Below are positions 27,018 to 41,700 of a stretch of 64,000 nt of DNA, piece after piece. This DNA comes from the human T2T-CHM13v2.0 reference genome, Homo sapiens. The DNA lies in NCBI RefSeq assembly GCF_009914755.1, contig NC_060925.1. One strand, 5' to 3'. Position 1 is the stretch's first letter. Every line of letters starts with the position of its first letter. The notes below the pieces were generated by a model. The model was not told the origin of the DNA. It made no database searches and saw only the letters and a program-made list of their open reading frames with translations. The translations under genes and the position numbers were made by a program.

Positions 27018-28857
27018 AGCCACTGACTTTTAAAAAATGTATACACTCAGTCCTAATCTGTTCCTGGACCTGAAAACTACTGTGGTGATTCTGGAAAGGG
27101 GGTCATAATTGGGTCTGAGAGGACTGTCTCCTTAATGCTTTTATTTGGGGTCCCATGTTTTTACCTCCCATTACCTAGAGTAGTCCATGCTCTTTGGGTA
27201 AGTGAGAGAATCTCCTTCATCATTCTGGGAATTCAGTAGAACAGAAATGAGTGTTAATTCCTGTGCTCAAACCCAACCTAAACCTAAGTGGCCCTTCCAG
27301 TCATTTTACCTTGAGGTTGAAGAAGGAAGAGAGGTGAGGAGCCAGCAGTAGGAATGTTCAGACCTAGGTCAGGAGATGCCGATTCTCTTCAGGGGGTCTG
27401 GAATTTAATGGCCAGATGGGCAGGACTAACCCAAATTCAGCGAAGAGAGAAAAAACTTGCTGACATTAGAGGGGACCTCCGGAGGTTTATTCTTTTGACT
27501 CCTCTGAGACCTGAGTTACTACATGTAGATAATAGTTCAGGGGCTTAGTAGGTGAAAAGGAGCATTCTAGAGGGATTTCTGCTCCTTCTAATTTATTGTC
27601 TTTAAAATAATCTTTGTCTTAGGGAATATACCTGAGTGAGCTGAAGGCAAGACCCTGAAACAATAAAATTGTTGTACAACAGGATTAAAATAGAGTCTTT
27701 GGCCACATCATGTTTTCATAGGCTTCCTATTAAAGAATGTGCAGAGGGACAGAATGATATCCATCCCAGGGGAATTTTTGTTCAAAATTTTATAGTTAAT
27801 TACATGTGAAGCAATAACCTAAAAAGAATAAAATATCTAGGAATATAGTTAACCAAAGAAGTGAAAGAGCTCTACAATGAGAATTACAAAACACCTCTCA
27901 AAGAAATCAGAGAAGACATAAACAAATGGAACAACATTCCATGCTCATTGGTAGGAAGAATTAAAACTGCTAAAATGACCACACTGTCCAAAGTAAGTTA
28001 TAGATTTAATGCTAATCTTATCAAGCCACCAATGACATTCTTCACTGAATTAGAAGAAACTATTTTAAAATTCATATGAAATCAAAAAAGAGCTGGAATA
28101 GCAAAGGTAATCCTAAACAAAAAGAACAAAGCCATAGGCATCACAACTATATTGTAAGGCTACAATCATCAAAACAGCATGGTACTGGTTCAAAAACAGA
28201 TACAAGAAACCAAAGGAACAAAATAGAGAGCCCAGAAATAACATTGCAAACCTACAACCATCTGATCTTTGACAATGCTGACAAAAACAAGCAATGGGGA
28301 AACGATTCCCTATTCAATAAATGGTGCTGGGATAACTGGCTAGCCATATGCAGAAGATTGAAACTGGACCCCTTCCTTACACCATATACAAAAATGAACT
28401 CAAGATGGATTAAAGATTTAAATGTAAAACCTAAAACTATAAAATCCCTGGAAGATAACCCAGAAAATACCATTCTGGACATAAACCCTGGCAAAAATTT
28501 CATGACAAAGATGCCAAAAGACACCAAACAATTATTGCTCTTTTTGCAATAAGAGCAAAATTGACAAATGAGATCTAATTAAATGTAAGAGCTTCTGTAT
28601 AGCAAAAGACTCTATAAACAGAGTAAACAGACAGCCTACAGAATGTGAGAAAATATTTGCAAACTACGTATATGACAAAAGGTCTAATATGAAGAATCCA
28701 TAAGGACCTTAAACAAAGTTACAAGCAAAAAAAAACAAACAAACCCAAAAAACAAAGAACAACCCCATTAAAAAGTGGGCAAAAGACATGAACAGACACT
28801 TTTCAAAAGAAGACATACATGTGACCATTCAGCATATGAAAAAGTGCTCAACATACA

Positions 28858-29632
28858 TGGGGCACAGTGGCTCACACCTATAATCCTAGCACTTTGGAAG
28901 GCTGAGGAGGGAGGATCACTTGAGCCCAAAAGTTCAAGACCAGCCTGGGCAACACAGTGATGTAGCGGGACGAGCTGCACACAAAACCTCTCAGACACCG
29001 AGTGGTAGAAGGAAGGGCTTTATTCAGCTGGGAGCATCAGTAAACTACTGTCTTAAAATCTGAGCTCCCTGAGTGCACAATTTCTGTCCCTTTTAAGGGC
29101 TCACAACACTAAAGATTTTACATGAAAGTGTCGTGACTGATTTGAGCAAGCAGGGGGTATGTGACAGGGGCCGCATGCACCGGTGGTCAGAGTGAAACAG
29201 AACAGAATGGGAGGTTTCACAATGTCCTTCCATACAATGTCTGGGATCTATAGATAACATCAGTTGCTAGGTCAGGGGTGGAATTTTAACTACTAGGTTT
29301 AGGCCAGGCAGGCCCAGGCCTGGTTTCGGGTCTGATTTTGGGTCTGGTGCCTGGCGCCAGGCTGCCTGCCTTTGGTTTCACTTCCTTGTTTTTTTCTTAA
29401 AACAGGTACTGAGTATAAAACAATATAAAACAGTATGAGAGGGTCTCTCTCTTCTCTCAGTGAGATTCCATCCCTACAAAAAATATAAAAATTATCCAGG
29501 CATGGTGGCTACTTAGGAAGCTGAGGTGGGAGGATCACCTGAGCCTGTGGAGGCAGAGGTTGCAGTGCTCAAACCACTGGACTCCAGCCTGGGTGACAGA
29601 GTGAGACCCTATCTCAAAAAATAAAAAAAAAA
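28858..29632 (+). mobile_element. AluJ split by an LTR insertion
   Basis: Left part 28858-28960, right part 29460-29632. Confidence 0.88.
28961..29459 (-). mobile_element. Solo LTR2-family LTR (LTR2B/LTR2C; HERV-E/Harlequin group)
   Basis: 499 bp, TG...CA ends, 4-bp TSD GTGA (28957-28960 and 29460-29463); minus strand starts TGAGAGAAGAGAGAGACCCTCTCATA. Confidence 0.88.
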
Positions 29633-31124
29633 GCTCCACATCAGACAAATGCAAATCAAAACCACAATGAGATACCATCTCACACCAGTCAAAATAGCTA
29701 TTATTAAAATGTCAAAAAAATAATAGATGCTGGCAAGGTTGTGGAGAAAAGGGAACTCATATACGTGACTGGTGGGAATATAAATTAGTTCAGCTCTTGT
29801 GGAAAGCAGTTTGGTGATTTCTTAAAGAACTCAGAACTACCATTTGACCCAACAACTATTCACAATAGCAAAGACATGGAATCCATTTAAAAGCCCATCA
29901 TCCGTAGACTGGAGTTTTTAAATGTGGTACATATAGACAATGGAATACTATGTAGCCACAAAAAGAATGAGATCATGTCCTTTGCAATAACATGGATGGA
30001 GCTGGAGGTCATCATCTTAAGCAAACCAACACAGGAACAGAAAACCAAATACTGCATGTTCTCACTTGTAAGTGGAAGCTAAACTTTGAGTACATGTGGC
30101 CACAAAGAAGGGAACAATGATCACCAGGGCCTACCTGAGGGTGAAGGGTAGGAAGAGGGTGAGGATCAAAAAACTACCTATCAGGCACTATACTTAGTAC
30201 CTGGATGACAAAATAATCTGTACACCAAACCCCTGTGACGTGCAATTTACCTGTATAACAAAGCTGCACATGTATCACTGAACCTAAAATAAAAGTTTAA
30301 AAAAACCAAAAATACCCATAAATGTTGAGAGAACAAAAAAAGTTCAGAATGATAACATCAGTATTATACCATTTATGTAAAGTTTTAAAGTGTGCAAAAA
30401 TACTTTATTATTTTTGAATACATGTATGAATTAAAATGAATTTGAATATATGTTTGAAAATGATAAACATAAAATTTGTTTTACCTCTGTGGAAAGAGGG
30501 AAATAATATGTTCTCAGGATCTTTGAATATACCTATGTTTTATTTCATAAAAGACCTGGAACATGTAATGCAGATGTTAAAATTTTATAAAGCTGAGTGG
30601 TGGTTAGTCTGTCCATTGTTATCTTATTTTGTCTATGTATCTATAAATCCAAAATATTTTATAAGTTTAAAAAATCTACCAACATAATGTCAAATAATCA
30701 GTTTTACTGACATTTTCTTGAATTGACTGAAATAAACAGGTTTTTTGAAAAAAATTACATGTGAAGCAGTATACTTTAAACATTAAACACATCACTTCAG
30801 TAGAAAATTGAGAAGTTATTTGGATGGATAGATTTTTATTTTCTTGCCATGGGGGCAACTTTATGGTATCCTTATGAAATACTGTATTTCACAGTACAGT
30901 TTTTCTTGAACTGTACTTTTTCTACAATGAAAACCATTATTTTGTTCCAGTCTTCCAATGTTAACTATTATCACCACCATTCAGAGAACTTCAGAGAGGA
31001 CGAAACTGCTTAGTTTTACTTTATGAACAAGTTATTGGCTAAAATGACTTTTCCCCACCATGGGGGAGCTGGTGATGAGCTTATGCACTCCCAGCTTGGA
31101 GAGACAACTGTCACAAATACATGT

Positions 31125-31706
<582 letters not shown>

Positions 31707-32054
31707 CCCACATCTAAAAACTCTCCACCAATCTTATTTTATACTCACCTGATTTGATTCACAAAAGAGGCCGTTCCGTTCCTCGGCCTGCAGGTCTCTA
31801 CCACCTTTTTGGCATTCTGTGGTTCAAGTCGAGATGGTTGGTTGTAGAGATTGCAGAAGACTTACATTTTATACATAGAGGAGTCTGGGTTCCTATGGCA
31901 GTATCAATTATGACAACTTTAAGCAAGAAAAGGTGGGAAAAATAGCAGAGGTTACAAAGAGGTTGCTTGAGGGAGACAAAAGGAAAGAAAGAAAGCTGTT
32001 AATAAAATATGTCATTTTGACAATGAAGTCAGAATCCTTGCAACAAAAGAATAA

Positions 32055-32760
<706 letters not shown>

Positions 32761-32824
32761 TCATTGTTCTTGTTGGGGAGCAACGGCTGGGACCACGTAA
32801 TCTGTTTCCTTACTGAAGACTTCC

Positions 32825-33020
32825 CATTTTCTCCCAATCTCTTCTTATAAGAACACCAGTCATATTGGTGAATTTTAGGGTTTAGAGCCCTCCCTAATAG
32901 CCTCATTGTGACTTAATTTCTTCTTTAAAGACCCTATCTTCAAATATAGTCACATTCTGTGTTCCTGGAGGTTAGGCTTTCAATATAAAAAATTGAGGGA
33001 GACACAATTCAACCCATTAG
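32825..33020 (-). mobile_element. MLT1 LTR fragment
   Basis: cttcttataagaacaccagtcatattgg...aaagaccctatcttcaaatatagtcacattctg...gacacaattcaaccc. Confidence 0.75.
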
Positions 33021-33989
33021 AAGGTGCATTTTTACATGTTTTTATGTAAGAACTCTTAGCATCTTAGGGATGCTAAGATGATACATAGCATCATCTTGAT
33101 ATGTAGCATCATCATGATAGCATCATCATGATATGTAGCATCTTAGGGATGCTAACTCTTAGCATCTTAGGGATGCTGATGCTGTAATGTTTGCTTATAG
33201 AATAGATATCTTTCTTATGGTGACACTCTGGATTTATTTTTCTGCCTTTAAAGCACTGACACATTTAAGTTTTGTTGTAGTTTTAAGTGTAAAATGATGT
33301 TTTATTTCATGTGACTTTTGCCATTTTAAAAACATCATTTATTGAATTAATGTGTTCTCCATCCTCATTTTATGCTAATCTCCCCACATATATTAGTACT
33401 AGTTTTATATTCTCAATGATTTGTAATGTTTTTTGGCAACTCAACATTATTTTAGTTTCAGTAAATTTATGCTGATATTTGAAAGGAAGGGTTTTTTTTT
33501 TTTTTTAAGAGATTGCTAATACCAGTAGGAAGGGATGATGGATATGAAATAGCAACAAGAAGGAATGTCCCATACAAGGGAGTCCCAGGCATGTGAGAGG
33601 AGGGAAGCCCATAGCACATAGCATGGACTTCGACAGGAGTAGAGCCCCTCTTTCCACTGAGACAGGGCAAAGGAGCATAGCAACCGAGGCTGCAGAGAGC
33701 CTGCAGAGTTAGAATGGGAATGGAGGAATTCTCTGTCTTATGAATTCTGTTTTCTCTAATCAAGTAGGAGGCTGGCTCTTTTACTGAGAAGTGATTGCTT
33801 CCTAAGTTGTATGTAAATGAGTTCCTCTAGATATTGCTATGCACCGACTTATACCATATAAACTCTATATTAATATAAGTGAAGATTTTGGTATGCACAA
33901 TGGGCAATTAGAGTAAATCAATATTCCCTATAGTTTTCCACCTAATTATCACAGGGAGTTCTGTTTGTTCATTCATTCAGCCATTCTCT

Positions 33990-34125
33990 CTTTCCATCTC
34001 TCCATCCATCTACCATCTACCATCTACTACCTATCTCCTATCTATCTATCTATATATCATCTATCTATTATCTATCAATCATCTATGTATCATCATCATC
34101 ATCATCTGTCAACTATTTATTTATC
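33990..34125. repeat. Degenerate (TCTA)n/(TCA)n microsatellite
   Basis: Direct inspection. Confidence 0.85.
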
Positions 34126-34501
34126 TGCAACTCTACTCTAGGTAAGGATGATATAATGGAAAAGGTGATGGGTGAGGTGCCTGTTCTCACTTAGTTTATA
34201 ACCTGGGTTGGGGAGACTTTAACTAGTAAGCAAACAAGTAGGTTCAAAAGATAATTTCATACAATGGGAGGAGTTATGAGAAAAACAAGAGTATAGTATA
34301 AATGAGTTATAATCTCTTACACTATTTATTTTGAGACTCAAAAATTTTCCAATATTTTATTAGCAGAACTTGTTCAATCTGGTTCCTGTGTCCAGATGAT
34401 GGACCTGTTATTCTTCCTTCATCACCTCTTGCTCCAGGCCTGAATCCACAACTGTTTCTCCCAAGAACTTCTTTTTAGTGGAGAAGGGATTTAGTAACTA
34501 A

Positions 34502-34973
<472 letters not shown>

Positions 34974-35299
34974 TGAATATATACTGATATTTCCAATTAA
35001 AATTCAATACCATAAGATGTATTGTAGTCTTCCTCTTTCCTTATATGGAATCTCCCTTTCCAATAGTGAAAAACTAGGCCTCCAGTAACCTCAATATATT
35101 TACTTATTTTCTCAATCTGTCAGTATATAACTTATCTTTGGCAACCTGTGCCATGTCTTTGGCACTGGTCATGTTGGCTAACACCCTCCAGATGCTCCCT
35201 CATGTTCTTTCTGTTCTTGGAAACACACTGGCTGAGCCCCTAGCTATCCCCCAGCCCTAACCCTGGCAGGCATACCAAGTGAGGACCCAGTAAGCTAGA

Positions 35300-36330
35300 A
35301 GCCATGTTTTTAAGAGACAATATGAAGCTAGAAAAGATACAGAATAATTTGTTAAACAAAACACCAAAAGCAGTATTTATAAAGGAAACCATCAGTAAAT
35401 AGGACTGCGTTAAAATTAAGTACTGTATCAAAAGACAAGAGTAAGAGCAGGGAAAAGCAAGCCCATGATTTGAAAAAAAAGATATTTGTATTACACATAA
35501 CTGATAAAGGTTTCATAGCCAAGCCACATGAAAAATTTGTATAAATAGATAGGAAAAAAGGTAAGAATCCAATAGAAAAACAGGCTACTTAAAAAGACAT
35601 TTTTTAAAAGAGGCTATCTAAATAGTCAATGAATTTATGAGAAGATTCCCAACTTATTATTAGTCAGTGAATTGCAAATGAAAACACATAGAAGGATTAC
35701 TAACATGCCTGAGGCCTGAAATTTAAAACTTGACCATACCACATGATGGAGAAATGGAGCCAAGAACGCCATTCACTATTAGTGGGAGTATAATTGTTAT
35801 GACATTTTAGAAAACTATTGGGCATTTTTTTTTTCATTAAATGTGAACATGTGCATTTCCTAAGGTCATGATTTTACTTCTGGACAGACATTTAACAGGT
35901 ATGAGTGCCTGTCTGCACAAAAAAAAACCCTACAATAATGCTCACAGCAGTCTTATTTGTATCAGCCCAAAACAGAAAATGATCCAATATCTGTGCACAG
36001 TAAAATGAACAAATAAAGTGGGATGTATTCGTATCATGGATATTATCCACAATGAAATGAGTAAGAGCAGCATTGAACAGAATAATCCAGAAATAAAAAT
36101 AAACCTGCCATTTGCTTTCACTTATGTAAATTTCAACAGAAAGGAAAACTAATCTATAGTGTTATTGAGCAGATAGGGTTTGAGTAGGATGACGGAGAAA
36201 GGTTATGAGGGGACTTTGGGTGTTGTTTTCTTTTTTTTTTAACCTGAATGGTGGTTAGATGGTTGTGCTCACTTTTTGATCTAAGCACATTTCTCTATGC
36301 ATGATACACTGTAATGAAAATGTTAAAAAA
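35300..36330 (+). mobile_element. Degenerate L1M (MC/ME) 3' region
   Basis: Diverged L1 ORF2-end and 3' UTR-like sequence. Confidence 0.5.
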
Positions 36331-36550
36331 TAAATGCCTTCAAACACTTACTAGCTCTATTTCTTTACCCATTTTCTTCTGGAATACCTAAAATAGTGAA
36401 TGAAAAAAGAATGGAGGAGCAGTTGGCAGATAGGCTTAGGAGAACAGAGGAGGAGTGATATTACAAAGGTAAGAACATACAAAGTATAATATGATAATCA
36501 GTCACTCCACAAAATCAGTGTTAATGATCTTCTTAAGAGTCACAAAGGGA

Positions 36551-36990
<440 letters not shown>

Positions 36991-37905
36991 GAGTCACAAA
37001 AGAAAATGATGTTCCAGTCTCGTTCCCAGGTACCATGGCTGATGACCTCTTCAAACTGGCTTTAAGACCAGGTTCTTTCCACTGACCACTGTACAGAAGA
37101 ATCCTCAGCTTAGTCCGTATCTGTCCCCTTTCACATCCTCAAGATTTTCTCAGACTTCACCACACAAGAATTTAGCTGTAATTTATAACTATTACCTATG
37201 GAATTCTCACTATGTGTGAACACTGTCAAATATTTTATATACAGTTGTTTGTCACTTCATCATTACAACAATCCTTTAAATTAAGTTATATTGTGTTTCC
37301 ACTTTATGGATGAAAAAAATGGAAGCTTATGGAGGTTAGTTTGTCAAAATTATAAAGTTATTAAGATGCAAAATGTGGGTTGAAGCCCAAGTTTGTTTGT
37401 TTCCAAAGCCTTTACACCAAAACAAACACAAATTATTGGACAATTTAGCTAAAGTGCTTCAGCATCTCCATCGGTCTCTGGTGATGTGGTGTCCTGTGGT
37501 TCCTGTTAGCTTACAATCACCCTCCTTCCCAACTAAGCAGGTTCTCCAGGAACAGGTATGAGGTGATGCAGGTGAGTTGCTTCAAAACCTTCCTTTCTTC
37601 AGGAACATCTCAAGATAAGAATATAGGTAGAAGAATTCATACCTCAGTCTATTAAATGATATCATTAACATGCCCATTGAGACTTCTACAGGGATTTTTG
37701 ATTTTACAGTTGGCAAAAAAATACACCTAATTCCTCATACAAAACCGCACAGAAATCCCACATGGAGAATAAAATTGTGCAACACAACCTGTCTAATGGA
37801 TCCATCTTAAACATTTCTTCATGTCATAGTACCACAAGAATATTACTGAAACATTACAGTCTACCTAAAGAGAACTTTTGAGTGTGAAGAGATGTGGGCC
37901 TATGC

Positions 37906-38092
37906 CAGTGGTTCTCAAACTTGCTGTGCCTCGGCGCCACGTAGAGGGTCCATGAAAACACAAATTGCTGGACCCCATCCCAGAGTGTCTGATTCAGCTG
38001 CTTTCGAGTAGGGTCCCAGAACGTGAAACTCTAAGAAATTTTCAGGCAATGCTCATGGGGCTGGTCCTCGGACCACACTTTGAGACTTGCTG
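37906..38092. mobile_element. MER5A (hAT-Charlie MITE)
   Basis: cagtggttctcaaactt...ggaccacactttgag. Confidence 0.8.
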
Positions 38093-38449
38093 GCCTGGAG
38101 ATTATAGGTAACTTGCCCATGTTTTGTGGCTGCTGAGAGAGTTAGGGCCCAACCTCAGGGCCAGGTGTCAGCTAGCTCTCTGACTGCCTTTTCATCTGCC
38201 TCATTATTGCTGTTAATTACTGTTCAAGGACCAAACTATTTCTAGGACTTCCCATAAGTTCTAAACATGTATATGGGATTTTGATCCTAAGGATTTTGTG
38301 TTACATAATGGGAATTTTAAATATTTCATTTTCAAGCTCTCCCACAGATACCCAAACTCAAGAAAACGGGCACAGATGCAAATGCATGTATTCAAATACC
38401 GAGCTGCAGACCTCACACGAATTAGGAAAAGTCACTAACGATTACAATA

Positions 38450-38785
38450 CTGCACTCATCCCTTAGTATCTACGGGGGATTGGTCCCAGGACTCCCTGAG
38501 ATACCAAAGTCCGCGAATGCTCAAGTCCCTTGTATAAAATGGTGTCATCTTGTATATAAACTATGCACATACTCACACAAAATTTAAATTATCTCTACAT
38601 TACTTATAATACTTGATATAATGCCTCTCCACCACTTCATTTGTGTGGATTCAATGTAGCACTCGGTGCATAGCAAATTCAAGTTTTGCTTTTGGAACTT
38701 GGTGGAATTTTTTTCCTGAATATTTTCCATTCAAGGTTGATTGAATCCACAGATGTGGAACCCATGGATAGGAGGGCTGACTTTA
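38450..38785. mobile_element. MER2 (TcMar-Tigger)
   Basis: gggggattggtcccaggac...ttgaatccacagatgtggaacccatggata...gggctgact. Confidence 0.8.
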
Positions 38786-41700
38786 TATTAAAATTGTTGA
38801 TACCAAATTTGAGTTATTTTCTGTGAATCTCAACCTGTTTATAAGCAGACACAAAGAAACACACATACAAAGAGTTGTAGATACTTCCAGAAAAAAAGCT
38901 ATGCAAACACATCCACAAAAATTCACGGTTAAAACACAAAAGCTAGAGAGATGAAGAAGTTTAGCAATATTTGTTATCTGAGTAAAAATACGGCTTCATT
39001 ATCTTCATGCTTTAGTAAATTAAGCCAACTGGTCACGGTTCATTAATAAGAGACCTCCAATTATTTCCTTTTCCATTTATTTTTAATTTGTATTCATTAA
39101 TGAAACACTGTTAAAGGAAATTTTAAAAGAAAATATATTCTCATTAATCTTGTACGAACACTAACTATACTTTAGGTATGTATCTACAAGTTCAAATGAT
39201 AATAAATTCATAGCTTATTATAATTGAAAACAAGCATGTATTACAAAAAAATCCTACTGTGAATAGTAGTTTCTTTACTTGGGAATAAATTTCACATGTA
39301 TTTTTAAAAAAATCATAAAAATAAGAGGGAATATAAACACCACCACTTTTAGGGTGCTAAATTGTGTATTAAAAAGCTTCACATAAGTCTTGAAGAAAAG
39401 ATAATTCATATCCCTTTTCTGCCATAGATTGCACTGTGAACCTAATGGACTTCATTCACTCCTCCAGGAAAGGGAAATACTGAATCAAGAAACAAATTGT
39501 AAACATCAATACTATAGAAGGTGTTGTGTTAAACTCCAAATGCAAAAATTCTCTTTCATTTTAGCTAGAAATATCTATTTTCAAAGTTCTAGAAATGACA
39601 GAATCCCATGCAGTAAAAAGACAATTTTATTATTTAAAAAAAAAAAAAAACTTAAAATGTTAACTTGGAGCCTGAAAAACCATAGTTTGAATCTCTTTAC
39701 TAATTATCCTCCACCTCAATAGTATCAGTTCCATTTTATTTAATGTAATGGGAAGGGTAAGAGATAAGATGATTGGTGAGAGGTGGTTCCAGTTTGGGCA
39801 GCCAGTGGCTACTAGTTATTTGACCTTGAGTAAGTCAGTCACCACAGTGTAGTTGGAAATTAATTTTTCCTTATGTAAAATTAGAAAATAAGGTGTTTTT
39901 TTCAAACTGTATGCAAGTTTTTTTAATCAATAAATGTTAACAGCTGATATTCAAGAAAATTGGAGATATTCTATTCTCTGCTACTTCTTAAGAAATTCCT
40001 ATTTTGACTTAATACACCAATGCCAGTTTAAAAATGCTAAATAAAATCTTCCACACACATGATTTTTGGCAGCTGTATGGAAGGCTGATGTTGCCATCTA
40101 GTGTTTCTGTTTGAGAGGTCTCCTGTAGGAGGTGAGATGGGAGAGCCTTGGCTACTGGGAAGACACATGCACAGTGAATGTGGGGAGAGGTAGGGCAGAG
40201 TAACCCACACAGGACTCTCCTGGATGAACACCAGCCTCCTGATGTAGCCCCATCCCTGCAGGAGGTAAAAATATTGAGTGGAATGGAGGGAAGAACTGAA
40301 GTTTCCTGTGGCCTCTTAATGTGGCAATAACAGACCCAAGAGTTTCCTATATCAGTGTCCCCCTTACCTCATTATTTCTTATATTGGAGGATGTACATTC
40401 TTTGGGGATGCTTGCCTCCCCATATTTTAATGATTTTAATTTTGTGAGTCCAGGACCAAATGAAGAAATTGATCTACTTCTGTTTTGACATAGAACCCAG
40501 AAATTAATTCTCTTTTCAAGAATACCTGAGCCCCACATTTGGGAACTTTCTGTGTTGCCTCCCCGGTGAGTTTTGTGTTTGTGTGTGTTGTGGGGGGCGG
40601 GGGGCGGGGAGGGGGGCGGTGGCCGGGCCAATCTCTAGATGACACGAGTCCCTGAGGTCTTAGCTCTGTGAACAAGCTGATGTCACTTTTCCTCATGCCC
40701 CTAGATGACTCCAAATCCCCAAGGTGAGATGGCATTGAAGTTGTCCTCCTATCCACTTAGTATGAACCAATCAAATGACATTGTCTATATTCTCAAAGCT
40801 CTTAGAACTAAGTGTGCTTTCCTTTATCCCTGGGGCTGGTCTGCCACCTCCTTGACCCTAGACTACCTGTATATATGGACGTGAGATAAAACATGTTGAC
40901 TTGAAATGTGGCACTATGCCACACCACTCACTTAGCTTGTCATTCCTGCCCACAGTTCATCATTTCTCTTCCAAGCTCTGCTACTTAAAGGCTTATTAAC
41001 ACTTAAATGGGACAGACATTATTTTTGTGCTCAATCTCCTTTCAGGGTTTTCAGTGTAATTTCCTCTGGAAGATCCAGAAACTAAAAGGGACAAGAATTA
41101 GCTGCCTTATCCATGAGAAAACTCCTGGTTGGTCTCCGGAATTGAAGTAAGGAGGGTTGACAGAATCATAGGTCTTCTACTTTCTGGGAAGAACAAGGGT
41201 GAGATTTTAATACAAGCTTTGTCGTGGCAATGAGATTTATATCTGTATCTTCAGTCGTCTGTATGCAGATATAGAGTTATCTTGTAATAGTTTTGATTAG
41301 AGTTTATATCTGTTAGAACACCAGAGTAACGGGTTTCTCAATGCCAACTCGCAATTTGGAACTCCATTTTGGAAAAGAGACATTGTATCCAACTCGGAAA
41401 CAATCAAATGCACCAAATTCTAGCAAAGTGTATCTAAAGTAGATTAGGAGTGATTATGTGATTATCCATTATCCATTTGTCCATTGCTAGCTGAGCCAAT
41501 CCTAGGGCCTCTTCTGAGCCTACATGCACACACAATAAACCAATCTTTTTAGTCTCTTGATAAAATGATAGCTGATTTGAACAGAGAACCGTGTAATTCT
41601 GTTTTCGCACAAATCAAGCATTGCAAATCTCTGGCGATTTTGAGAGTGATCACAAGCTTCTCTCTGGAAACTGCTCATGATGATGGATTTTATTGTTAGG

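Larger units (their letters stand above)
27820..30305 (+). mobile_element. 5'-truncated L1 (L1PB/old L1PA) with nested AluJ and LTR2
   Basis: ORF2 fragments [10 protein letters not shown]..., [39 protein letters not shown]; 3' UTR and A tail near 30300. Confidence 0.92.
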
